Shown here: positions 52,215-64,000 of the stretch, one piece after another
Layout: the number at the start of each line of letters is the position of its first letter
How positions within the stretch are numbered: position 1 is the stretch's first letter
DNA from: Podarcis gaigeae
Taxonomy: Eukaryota
DNA length: 64,000 bases
Strand: one strand, 5' to 3'
Assembly (NCBI GenBank): GCA_964106915.2
Contig: OZ066921.1
The notes under the pieces: generated by a model
What the model was told of the DNA's origin: nothing
Databases searched by the model: none
The model's input: only the letters and a program-made list of their open reading frames with translations
Position numbers and translations under genes: made by a program

Positions 52215-53150
52215 GGGTGGGTGTCCTGGGCAGCACACATGATAAACAACGACTGCAATACAGAAAAATAATCAGTAAGCATTTCAGTAACAATGGCATC
52301 TAATTATTTCATTAATATTATTACTTACAAACTAGGGAAATTCTCAAAGTATTAACCAATTAACCAGTTATTCTGCACTAAATGGGATGGCCCTTTCACC
52401 ATCTGCTTTATGGAAGTCAGAATGTTCTCTTCATGAGCAGTTATATTTCACCATGAAAGAGATGAACAAAACAGCCTACTTCCATTCTGTATCAGTTTCA
52501 TGTCCCTTCCATCTATTTTTCTGTGGATTTTTAAAAAATGCACTAAAAAACCTCATTTAAATATGTATTTTTGTATATTTTTGTATGGACCAATAAAATG
52601 CACATTTAGTATACGTTATGTGTGCACATTCTCCTAATATAAGCATTTTGTACACAATCAAAAACACTCATTTTTTGGCACACATTTTTGGGAACAAAAT
52701 ATTTGCCACAAAATTAAGGCAGGCAATACAATTGCTAACAGCATACCAATCCAGGTCTGAATCAAGTCCTCTCTACTACAGCCATCTCTCAACTTCAGAT
52801 CTTTAAATACTAGCATACTTTTAAAGATGTAAGAAAAATAAAAAAAGGCTTAATTAAATAATGTAGTTACCTAATCAACACACACTGGGCTGAGCCTTTC
52901 TGAACTTTTAAGTATGCTTGTGTCCTGTTGAAGTCAATAGCAACAAATTACATTTTTAAAGCTGCAATCATCCCTGGGAGTAAGCCCCACTGAACTCAAT
53001 GGGACTTCTGAGCAGGCACGTATAGGATTGCATTGTAAGTTTTACTGACTTTTAAAGACAGATGGGGCTTCATTTTTGCCCCTCTGGCTTGCACCCTTCC
53101 TCACTGTTTACTACTGAGCCATGGCTGGCTCCAGGAACTCTGTAGGGATG

Positions 53151-53363
53151 CAGTGGCGTAGCGTGGGTTGTCAGCACCCGGGGCAAGGCAAGTAATTTGC
53201 GCCCCCTAACCCGTGGATTTGCACCCCCTAACCCGTGGATTTGCACCCCCTAACCCGTGGATTTGCACCCCCTAACCCGTGGATTTGCGCCCCCTAACCC
53301 TAACCCCCAGATGTTGCGCCCAGTGCGGCCGGCCCCCCCTGCACCCCCCACGCTACGCCACTG
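53151..53363. mobile_element. Young hAT MITE with an internal 22-bp minisatellite
   Basis: TIRs cagtggcgtagcgtggg / cccacgctacgccactg; 8-bp TSD tagggatg / cagggatg; CpG-rich; internal (cccctaacccgtggatttgcrc)n. Confidence 0.9.
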
Positions 53364-53968
53364 CAGGGATGTGGCTGCATTTCAGCATTTGACGAGCACC
53401 CTTAGCCCTGAAGTAGTAAAGGGAAAACTGTAAATTCAGCACCTTCAAATACTAAATCGATTTTGTCTTCTTTTACTGTAGCAGACAACTACAGAAAATG
53501 ACGCACACCAAGGAAAGAATCTCGATCTTGATTTTTTACAGCAGCCTTTATGAAGCCTGTATTCAAGCGTGTGAGAACTGCATCCTAGGAATGCCGAGCC
53601 CTTATGAATAGGAAATTCCTGGAATTCATTTTCTTATGATACCAGCAGGAATGCTCCTTCACAATTTCTCCCCTTCTGTCTTGTTTGCTTTTGCTTTTTG
53701 AAAAAGTTGTTATTTTTCATTTCACTAAGCAGAAACTTGTATTAGGTAGCAGCAAAGATTATCAGTGAATGAAAACAAAAAAGACACAAATAATTAAGAG
53801 GCTATTGAGTATTGCACAAACAAGCCTTGCAAAGTTTAATATGACTATCTATTTCCTACTCTGGTTTTTGTTTTTGTTTTTTTGTTTTTTGCAACCCTAC
53901 CTTCATAAGGAAAGTGAGATTTTTTAACTTTTCTGTGATAGCAGGAAATTCAGTATACTATAATCCCC

Positions 53969-53971
<3 letters not shown>

Positions 53972-54043
<72 letters not shown>
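53972..54043. repeat. Compound (CT)n(CA)n microsatellite
   Basis: Direct reading. Confidence 0.95.
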
Positions 54044-54049
<6 letters not shown>

Positions 54050-56178
54050 TTATATAAAGCCATTTGCTACTGCTCATATGAAAACAAACTATTTCATTAC
54101 GGAAGGCAAGACACAGACTTGAAATGGGATGAGTTGAGTAGGATTGCCTTGTAGGGGCTATTAAGTGTTACGTTATGACCTACATGTGTACATATGGACA
54201 GTGAAAGGGCAAAGAGCACATACTAAATAGTCCCTTGCCCCTTTTGACTAGCCCATATAAAGGCAGAAAGCAGGCTAGCCTTTATACAATGGTCCAACAT
54301 AAAGGATGCTGAAGTCAAAATGCCAAGAACAACATACTAACAGCTTCCCTTAGGTGCCTTGGAATTTATTCCGTTTCTCCTCTCTTCACTTCATCTCTGA
54401 CAATGCCGATTTCATCAACCTTTATTCATGCTGAATATGTCCACATAGGTATTACACCAGTCGCCAACACATCTGTGCTCAGATCCAATGTTCCACAAGT
54501 GCCACAAATCACTCACTGAGACCTAAACGAAGAGCTCCCAGCTCAAACATCTGTTTGCAAAATCAAGAACCAGCCTCATAGGCAAAAACTCTTCAAACCT
54601 CACAGGAGAGATTCCCAGAAAGAGTCCCAAGGGTCAGATGGACAGGTCTGGGGCCTGCATTTGGCCCCTGTGCCTAGTGGTTGGAGTGCTAGACTAGGGC
54701 CAGAGAGATGCAGGTTCAATTCACCAATCAGTCATGAAGGATGATCATGGGCCTTAGTCAAAAATGATAACCCAGAGTTGTTACAGGGATAAAATGTTTG
54801 TGTGTGTGTGTGTGTTTGAGAGAAGAAGAGACCATTGTATATGTGACCCTGAACTCTTTAAAATGTAAAAAATAAAAAAAAAATTCTCTATCTGGCAGGT
54901 GCCCTTTTGGAATTGAAAAACAATTGAGAGACAGATTGTGTGAGTAAGTCAAACCATAGCCCTCTCCCCAAATCACAATGCATCTTCCCAGGCCACACCA
55001 CTCAAAGACCATACTCTCACACCCTAAATGAGTAATGCCTCTTAGAATTATAGAATTGTAGACTTGGAAGGGACCACAAGGGTCATCTAGTCCAACCTCC
55101 TGCAATGCAGGAATATTTTGCCCAGCATGTGTGGCACTTGGACTGAAAACAATTCACTCCTAGATTAAAAAAAACCTTTCAGACAGATTGTGTGTGTATA
55201 TGTATGTGTGTACACACACACACACACACACACAAATTTAAATATAATTTTATATCCCAGTGAAATAAATAGCATGTGACTGGTACAAAAAGTGCTGAAC
55301 ATTTCTTTATCTCCCACCTACGTTGTGGAACTAAACAGAAACAATAAGTCACAGTGCAAGACAAATAGCCCTGATCTGAAACTGTCGACCACAGCACATT
55401 TTTAAAATTTGTATCATGATAGAAAGGCTTCTCTAGTGCTGAATGTAGAACACAGGTGCAGAGTAAAAGATATACGTTTTCGGGATAATGAACACACACA
55501 CAAACCCACCCCTCCCCAATGTACAAAGACCGTGGTAGATGCACCCACACCACAGAGTAGCTCCCAAAGCTGGATCTTTAGAGAAAGGGGAACACAAAGA
55601 ACTAATCTGAGAGCACTTTGACACTCCTTGTTAAGACTTTCAGGATTTTCATAGTGTTTGCACATACAAGACCTCACCAGTTGAAGCATACAAAGTTGCA
55701 ATGGAAACAAGCCACTTTATGACCACATTGGGGAGAATTTATCTTGTCGATTTCATAGGCAGATACGCAGATGCCTTATAATGAGTCGGGCCGTTGTTGC
55801 AATCTATGGAAGGTATTTGCAGAATTTGTACTGTTAAAATGGAAAGGTGTGTTGAAATTTGGGAAGGTTGGATAGTTATAATGGAATGGCCTCAGGGAGG
55901 GGTGCACATTTTTGTTTTTATTTCTATTATTATTATAAATAAAAAAACAAGGGCACCTAGGAGGAATAGGGAATGAAAAGAAAAAAATAACTGAAAATGG
56001 AAAGAAACAAAGAAATGAATCCATCGCCCATGCCTGCAAGGTGTCCCCCATCATGCTAACACACACACATTTTCAACACACAAGCATTCTTTATGTACAC
56101 TTCCATTGCAACAATATTTGTACAAACAAATAAAAAACAATATGCAGGAGGGCTTCAAGTGCACACTGGAAATTTAAT

Positions 56179-56390
56179 GTAAAGGTAACGACTCTGGGGT
56201 TGCGGCACTCATCTCGCTTTACTGGCCAAGGGAGCCAGCGTACAGCTTCCGGGTCATGTGGCCAGCATGACTAAGCCGCTTCTGGCGAACCAGAGCAGCG
56301 CATGGAAAGGCCGTTTACCTTCCCGCCGGAGTGGTACCTATTAATCTACTTGCACTCTGACGTGCTTTCAAACTGCTAGGTTTGCAGGAG
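56179..56390 (-). mobile_element. Sauria SINE, 5'-truncated
   Basis: Core and tail present, tRNA head absent; 11-bp TSD ctggaaattta (56166-56176 and 56391-56401). Confidence 0.95.
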
Positions 56391-58112
56391 CTGGAAATTT
56401 AGGCTTGTACAATTAAATAGAATTAAAGCGCTCTGCCACCCTAATTACAGCAACCTTGGACTTTGCATGGTTAGGAAAGTGACAGGCAAATGTACTGAAA
56501 AGCCTGAGATGAATGAATGACTAACTGGAGATGTATGAACATTCCACAAGCAAGGTGAATGCAGGATGCATGCTCACAGTCATATAACCTCCCTGCAAAC
56601 AAATCAGAACAAATGTTCAATAAAGACCGGACATAGTCTAACCTGCACATAAGCTTTATGCAAGTAAATCAGAACGAATGCTCAATAAACAGCTAATCTG
56701 GAGGAGCCCAGATTTGTTATTTAAGCTGGCCACAGGATCCTTTACTGTTTTACCTGCAACAAAACCAAGAGAGCTTCTCTTCCAAGTTTCTAATTAAAGC
56801 CTCCTCTTCCCTCCGCTGCCAGCCATGTAGAAAGAAGTGCTGTGTTTATATTTCTTTCTCAAATATGCATACATTTTATGGAAACTTTCATTCTCTACCC
56901 AAACACTACACCTGGTAGAATGGGAAGGAAACAGGGGGTTGAATTGCCCACCACATCCTGCCCTCCATCTTTAAAGATTATTTTGTCCTGCTGTGTTGTT
57001 GTTTTTTTGGTTTGTTTTTTAGAAAAAGAAAAAGGAATCAACAAAGACAAAATTATCAGGAGGATGGCTGGTTGTTTCAGTGGAAGTTCCTCTTCCCTAA
57101 CATTACTCTCCTTCGAGGCAGAAGTCGAGCCCATCAACATTTCAGTTGAACTCTAGTCACCGCTCATTCACAACCCCCACAGAGCCATCCTGGCTCTATA
57201 TTATGCTGAGAAGCATGAATTAAGTTACTTCCCCTATCCAAAAGAGCATTACACAACCAGAGCCTTACTGAAGGGCAAAAAAAGAGAGAAAGAAATGTGA
57301 ATGTCCATGGGAAAATTGTACAGGCCCAGAAGTGGTGATATCTCACTAAATTGGGCCCTCAGTGTGCGGTCGTTGTGGAGATGAAAAGTGGCCAGTGTGT
57401 GTAATATATATATGGGATATGGATAATAAGGAGTGCCTGCTATAGTATTCATTAGGCTTCTTTTAAAAACATCCCAAAGAACAAAAAAGCCTCTGTGCGT
57501 CTTTTCAGTCAGATTTTTATATAACTTTTGATGCTGAGGCTGGGCTGAAATCCTTACGCACCCCTTGAAAATATTCTGTGAAAATGTGGTCTGGTTTTCT
57601 GCTGCTTTCTTTGAGAAGCGGGGCTGTGTCTGTCATTAGACAGAATGAGGCAGGTGCTTGAGGAGGGGGCCTGCAGCAGAAAGGATCAATGGATATCCAT
57701 GCTACACAGCTTACCTTTACTCCCTAAGCTAGCCTGTAGTTCTCAGCTGCAGTAGAGGCCACCATCACATCACCAGTGTTAAAGCAAGATTCACCTGCCA
57801 GACCAGTCAGTTTTTATATAATGGAAGTGAAGGTGGGTACCCTTTTGTCCTTTACCTCAAGCTGCAAAACAAATTAAGACAGCCCTAGCAGGATGGGGAG
57901 GAATTTCTGGTAGGGGTCACTGCTTAACTTTATTAGGTCCTGCCTCAAAGCTGCAGTGAGAAGGCTTTGTTGTGAGTGGTGTGGATTTGGGGCGCAGAAG
58001 AACTCTTGGCCATCTTGTAAAGTTAAGCAAGGTAAGCAGCAATTCTGCAAAGCAATTTCACATGAAAATTTCACTGATACGTGTATTTTTTATGAACACG
58101 TTACCCTAGTAT

Positions 58113-58359
58113 CTCCTGCCCACCTAGCAGTTCGAAAGCACGTCAAAGTGCAAGTAGATAAATAGGTACCGCTCTGGTGGGAAGGTAAACGGTGTTTCTG
58201 TGTGCTGCTCTGGTTCGCCAGAAGCGGCTTGGTCATGCTGGCCACATGACCCGGAAGCTGTACGCCGGCTCCCTCGGCCAATAAAGCGAGATGAGCGCCA
58301 CAACCTCAGAGTCGGTCATGACTATACCTAATGGTCAGGGGTCGCTTTACCTTTACCTT
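58113..58359 (+). mobile_element. Sauria SINE, 5'-truncated
   Basis: Core and (acctt)n tail, no head; 12-bp TSD ttaccctagtat (58101-58112 and 58360-58371). Confidence 0.95.
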
Positions 58360-61300
58360 TTACCCTAGTATATGCATTATTGTACACTTTGCTTGGATGG
58401 AAAACTGCATGGCAAAATTAAGAGAAGTGTGACTGCTGAAGAATGGCTGTGTTTCAGTTAGTGCATTGTTTTGGAAAGTGAAAATTAGGTAGGTTCAGAT
58501 TTGAATACAAGCTGAATCTGATTTCTCCCACATCCCTAATTATAGAATCATAGAACTGCAGAGTGGGAAGCGATCCCAAGGGTCATCCAACCCCCTGTAA
58601 TGCAATTGTCACACACAGAGATACATATGCCTCCCTCCTCAGGCAGAAAAATACCACACTCTAAGAGGGATGATCCCACCCTCCCGCAAGTGCAAAATAT
58701 TTAAGAAAGAAACCCATTTCCTCCCCCACAGTACTCAGTGACATTTGTGGGTTTGCCAACTGAAATGGCATGTGATTAGGAACTGCAGCCAATACCATTA
58801 AATAAATACCATGCATATAATTTGTTAACAAAATTTATGTACTGCTTGGTTATAAAAAACAAACAAACTTCTAAGCAGCTTTTTTTTAAAAAACAACAAC
58901 AAACCATTGCACTTATTGGTAAAGAACAGCTAAAATGGGAATTTAAAAACATGATTAAAATCAACAATATGCTAAGGAGAATTTAAAACACATCTACTTT
59001 TACACATCTGGATAGGCTTCCCTAAACCAAAAGGTTTTAAGGAGGTGCTGAAAAGGAGGCGCAGCGAAGGCACCTGCCTGGGGTCAATAGGCAGGTAGTT
59101 CCCAAGCGTAGGTGCTGCCAGGGATGCATGTTTGCAGAAACCAAATTTCCTCCACTAATTATTCACACTTTACATTTTCAGCACACATTTTGAGCAGGGG
59201 GAAGGGAACCTTCTTCAGCTTGAGAGCCACATCCCTTCATCCTAGGCTACCTTTCAGGGATGGCATGCCAGTGGTGGGTGGGGCCAGAGGCAAAAGTGGG
59301 CGGAGCGGTGCATGCAGCTATTAACCTCTATACAGTAGGCTACATTCCAACAAAGCAAATGTTTCTGTGCATACATGCATACATTGCAGACACACCACTC
59401 CACCCTGCCAAGCGAGAGACATTTCCACAGTTCAAGGACACCTCCAAGTCAAGCAAAAGCATACAAGGAGGGTGTGGAGCGGGAGAAGGCACATGGTGTG
59501 GCTTGGGGGGGATTGTCCTCAGGGTCAGATAGAGAGGCTTGAAGGGCTGTATTCAAATATAATGTGTGAACTGGCCTTCAGGAGTATGAAGTAAATGTAA
59601 TTCATTTGTGGCGGAGCATCTGAGTTGCATGCAGAAGGTCCCAGACTCAATTGCTGGCAAGTAGGTCTAGGAGAGACCCCTGTCCAAAACTCTGCTGCTC
59701 ATTAGTGTAAAAAAATACTGAGCTCAGTAGACCAATGATGGTCTCACTCAGTGTAAGGCAGCTTTCCGTGTTCCTAAGATCCTGTCGATGAACAAGGGGC
59801 ATAATAGGTCAATGCTATCAGCAAAGTAATGAACTTTTGTTTGCTGGTGGGGGGGGAGGGGATCCACATGATCAACCTGACACTGAGTTGAAGCAGAAGC
59901 GTGGGTCAATTTGACCCATGTTGCAACCAGAGCTGTGAAAGTACTCAAGAGGTTCAGGGAGGGAAAGGGGAACATTGCAACGAAGCTGTGCTTGTAACCG
60001 CTGAGATACAAATCCAATTTAATCCCCTTGTTACAAAATACCATCTTGCAATCTGCAATTCCTTGAAAATTATCTCTCCCGACCTGTGCACTGCCCCGCT
60101 AGGATGTTTGGCACAGTGGCTTGCATTATCATGTTTAAAGTAGCAAGAAGCTTTGGCAGTTGAGATAAATCCAGCCTGACCTTGCATCTAGCCGCAGCAT
60201 TTCTTCACTCCAGCCCTTAATCATTCTAAAAGTGGACATGCAACTAAATGGGGGGGGGGGTGCTGCAAGCCAGTCTTTGGGGGGCTGTGCTGGAGCTGAC
60301 GGCCATTTCCTGGGGATGCTGATTCTTAATAATAAGGAACACTGAACACCAGAGAGCTGTTTTTTTTGGGGGGGGGGGGTGAATGAACATTCTGGTCCGC
60401 ACTGACATTACCAGCCAATGGGGAATCTATGGCCATCCAGACATTGTTGATCCACAACCAGCATGCTGACTGGAGCTAATGAGAGCTGGAAGCCAACAGC
60501 ACCTGAAAGGCCATAGCTTCTCCAACTACATCTTCAGTCTCCTGAAATATTGTGCTTCTTTCTTTTCTGCCAACTCTCATGGGCTGGGAAAGGACAGCAG
60601 CAGAGGAAGACCATTTCTCCATCTAGCTCAATGTGGTCTTCATTCACTGGCAGCAGCTCTTCTGGATTTCAGGCATGGAACATACCCAGCCTTACCTGGA
60701 GATGCTGCGGATTGGAACTTGGACCTTTTGCGTGTGAGGCAGATGCTCTGCCTCTGAGCTACAGCCCCACAAACAGGGAGCAAGGCAGCAATTATAAGCT
60801 CAGCTCCTCACCTAGCTGGTGTGGTAGAAAGGAATGTCACGCATAGGTGTATGAATGGGAGGCACCATTCTCACAAGCACAATGTAAGAACGTTAAGGTG
60901 GGTCCTGAGGAGAAAGTCCTAATAACACATAGCAAACTGATCAAAAACAGTGTATAATTTGAGGAGAAAGGAACAGAGAGGTTTTGTCTTTCTTAGCTCA
61001 GGCCTTAGACAGAGCAGGGAGACATACAACCAAACCTACAGAGAAAACTTTCCTCAAAACTACACAGCAAATCACAGCATGTACTACCTCAGTGCTGCAT
61101 TGCTTGGTTGCAAAATGACATCTTCACCTGTCCCTCTTTTGGCTAGTTGACTTTAACATTAACAGAATTAACCCTTAAGTTAGAAACTGCATGATCACCC
61201 CTGTTGCACTTCCAACAGGTCCATCTAATCCAGCACCTGCCTCCAAAAGTGGCCAACCAAATGCTTTTTAGGAAGCCCATAAGCAGGGCATGAAGACAAC

Positions 61301-62206
61301 AACCCTCAGGAATTATATGCCTTAGCAACAGGAAATCAGAGGTACACTACTAAAATCCCTAAAGGTTCCCTTTAGCTATGATGGCACCAGCCAGTGCAAA
61401 CAAAAATCTGTCCCTCAGATAAGTAGGGCCAGCAAGACATTGCTGCAAAGGATGCTGCCAAGATAGCCAATTAAAGTTCAGGTCAATTTAGCCTGGTTTG
61501 TTCCAATTTTTGTTAGAGGCATAATGTGATCTGCAGTAAACAAACACTCCAGCATTCAAAACAGGAAGAAGTGAGAGAAAAGCCAGTTCCTTATGTTATC
61601 AGGAACTATTTAAAATGATAATTCAGCAAATTGTATGTCTAATTCCGGAAAGGGGTGAGGAGAGAAAGCCAGACAGCAGAGAAACAGGCAGAAAGAAACC
61701 TGGCACAAAAAGGAAACATAAAATGGACAGCGCAGACTGAACTGAGTAAGAAGAAGCCGTCATTTCATGTAGGTGCCTGTGAAGGAGGCTTCGCTTTGTG
61801 AGAGGCTTCTGGGTGCCCTTAGCAGCTGGTAGTTCCAACAGCTGCCATAGGAGCAGCAGGGATGGGGAACAATTTCTAGTCCGTGTGCTGCAGTCGCTTC
61901 TGCTTGTAGGCCCCTGTGCAAACCAAGGCATTGTCTTCAGTTATTTTGTTAGTTATTTCTGGAGAAAGATATCGAGGTGACTGCTATTGCCTTCAATTTC
62001 TGCAGTCTTTGTGTAGCCTTGTCAGGCCCACCTGTTGGTCATTAGAGGTGGAATCCCTATGCCTACCTTCTCAAAAAGTATATTTGAGAGACAAGGTGCC
62101 TCCAAATACCAGTTGCTGGGAATTCACAAGTGAGGAGAGCGCTACCGCACTCAGTACCTGCTTGCAGGCTTCCCATAGCCAACTGGTTGGCTGCTGTGAG
62201 AATAGG

Positions 62207-62592
62207 TAAAAGGTAAAGGTAAAGGACCCCTGGATGGTTAAGTCCAGTCAAAGGCAACTATGGGGTTGCGGTGCACATCTCGCTTTCAGGCTGAGGGAGC
62301 CAGTGTTTGTCGACAGACAGCTTTCCGGGTCATGTGGCCAGCATGACTAAACCGCTTCCGGCACAACGGAACACCATGATGGAAGCCAGAGCGCACAGAA
62401 ACACCGTATACTTTCCTGCCACAGTGGTGCCTATTTATCTACTTGCACTGGCATGCTTCTGAAATGCTAGGTTGGGAGGAGCTGAGACAGAGCAACGGGA
62501 GCTCACCGTATCATGGGGATTCGAACCGCCAACCTTCTGATCAGCAAGCCCAAGAGGCTCAGTGGTTTAGACCACAGTGCCACCCACATCCC
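62207..62592 (-). mobile_element. Sauria SINE, full length, nested in an older CR1-type tail (~62050-62670)
   Basis: Head, core and tail present; the host sequence ctgctgtgagaatagg resumes as agaatagggtgctggactagatgg...gttcttatg. Confidence 0.9.
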
Positions 62593-64000
62593 ATGCGAAG
62601 AATAGGGTGCTGGACTAGATGGACTGTGGTCTGGCCTGATCCTGCTGCAGGGACCTTCTTGTGTTCTTATGAAATAGAGAAGCTATTTCAGGATCAAAGA
62701 GCACCCTTCTCTATCTGCTCATCCATGCTTTAATCTGCAAATTGCAAAAACATTAACATTATTGATTGATCAGACATCAATCCCACAGGAAATTTAATTA
62801 AATTAAAATGTGTCACTGAACAGTCCCCCTGCATCACATATAAATCTTTGGGGAAGTCCACAATAGACAGCAGCGATTCATATCATGTTTTCCAATTTAA
62901 TTTATTCCCTGGCCATTTTCTATCTCATAGCTTGATAATCAGGGTGTGTATGTGTGTGTTCAGGAGCTCACAGTAGGTCTGTTTAGTCTAAGGGGCATCC
63001 CTTTCACACAGATCTCTTCAAAAAGCTTCTAACCACTTTGGCTTTCAGATAATAACTTCGCCATGTATTATTTACAGTTGATCTGAGTTGAACCAGACCA
63101 CTGCCAGGGCAATGCCTCTATTCAACATGTTGCTTTTACAGAATTGACCTGCACAGAGCAACTTCTAAGCAGAGTGTTAACATTTTAACACCCTCTCCAA
63201 CTACCAGTACAGCTGTACGTTCTGCCCCTGAAGGTAGTTGAACCTTGAAGAAGAGAGCAAGGAAGTCCCTTTCATTAAATCAATTCCTCCCCTAAAGGTC
63301 TACTGCTATACGAATCCTAACCCAGTTTCTCCAAAGAATGCTGCACAGCTCACAGTAAGGAGAGAAAGAGAGAGAAAGGAGTCAACCAGAACAGATGTTA
63401 CCCTCAAAATGCTTAAACAGCCAGACCTCCACCATTTTGTGCCAATGGAATCCATATACTGCAGCATATTATTTATTTTAATTTATAAGAAACATTAATA
63501 AATAACCAACTTCTTTAAATAAAATCACCCCAAAGGTTTGGGTTCACACAAGTTCATCACCTGAGGAATGCAATGTCAGGTGATGAGAGGCCCAGATCAC
63601 ACAGCATGGGCTCCCCAGGGAAGTTGGGCCAGCATCAACTTTATGGTCTTTTCTGTACCAGGTGAACATTTGCTTATTTATTCAATCAGGCCTTTTAAAC
63701 AACATGTGTTTCACAGTCTGGGGACTCTCAGTTTTAAATTGAGCATTAAATTGTATTTTAATTGTGTTTCTGTTTTTTAATTAATGTGTTATAGTTTATA
63801 TTGCTTTACATTGCATTTCAGTGCATCATTTGTATGTTTGTTTACTGCTTCATGAGCTGTCCAGAGACCTCTGCTTATAGAGTGGCTGAATAAATTAGTA
63901 AAATAATAAACAAAATACCCTCATACCTTCTCAAATGTGTGAGTAAACCAGCCCTAAATTTACCCCAAGAATACACCTATTGTGTCCAAGTATATTATGC

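Noticed and set aside
53200-53310. CRISPR-like array or true telomere
   Set aside because: Head-to-tail repeats without spacers, inside TIRs, in eukaryotic DNA; it is a MITE-internal minisatellite.
63927-63976. 50-nt minus-strand segment (VYSWGKFRAGLLTHLR) ending AG|gtatga, as the upstream exon
   Set aside because: Poor acceptor and at the window edge; cannot be supported.

Overview
Vertebrate genomic DNA, AT-rich and CpG-depleted, with no CpG island. The repeats are squamate-type (Sauria SINEs, tRNA-Lys/CR1-tail and tRNA-Ala-like SINEs, CR1 and L2 LINE ends, hAT and Tc1/mariner MITEs), pointing to a lizard, probably a lacertid (inference). Nearly all ORFs in the supplied track look spurious. 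The window appears to hold the 3' end of one large minus-strand gene that I cannot name. Its terminal exon (~8375-10540) encodes ...TGRPRRTTV* followed by a ~2.1 kb 3'UTR. Some 23-25 kb upstream lie two tandemly duplicated 40-nt cassette exons (35415-35454 and 33202-33241, 32/40 identical). Read in the terminal exon's phase, they give alternative C-termini xMITTC* and xIIAAC* in place of a class I PDZ-ligand-like tail. This three-way C-terminal switch, with QKI/RBFOX motifs and an NMD geometry that would punish double inclusion, is the most interesting system seen. The rest is intron, with candidate conserved non-coding elements and some structurally unusual repeats. Repeat boundaries without a stated TSD are approximate.
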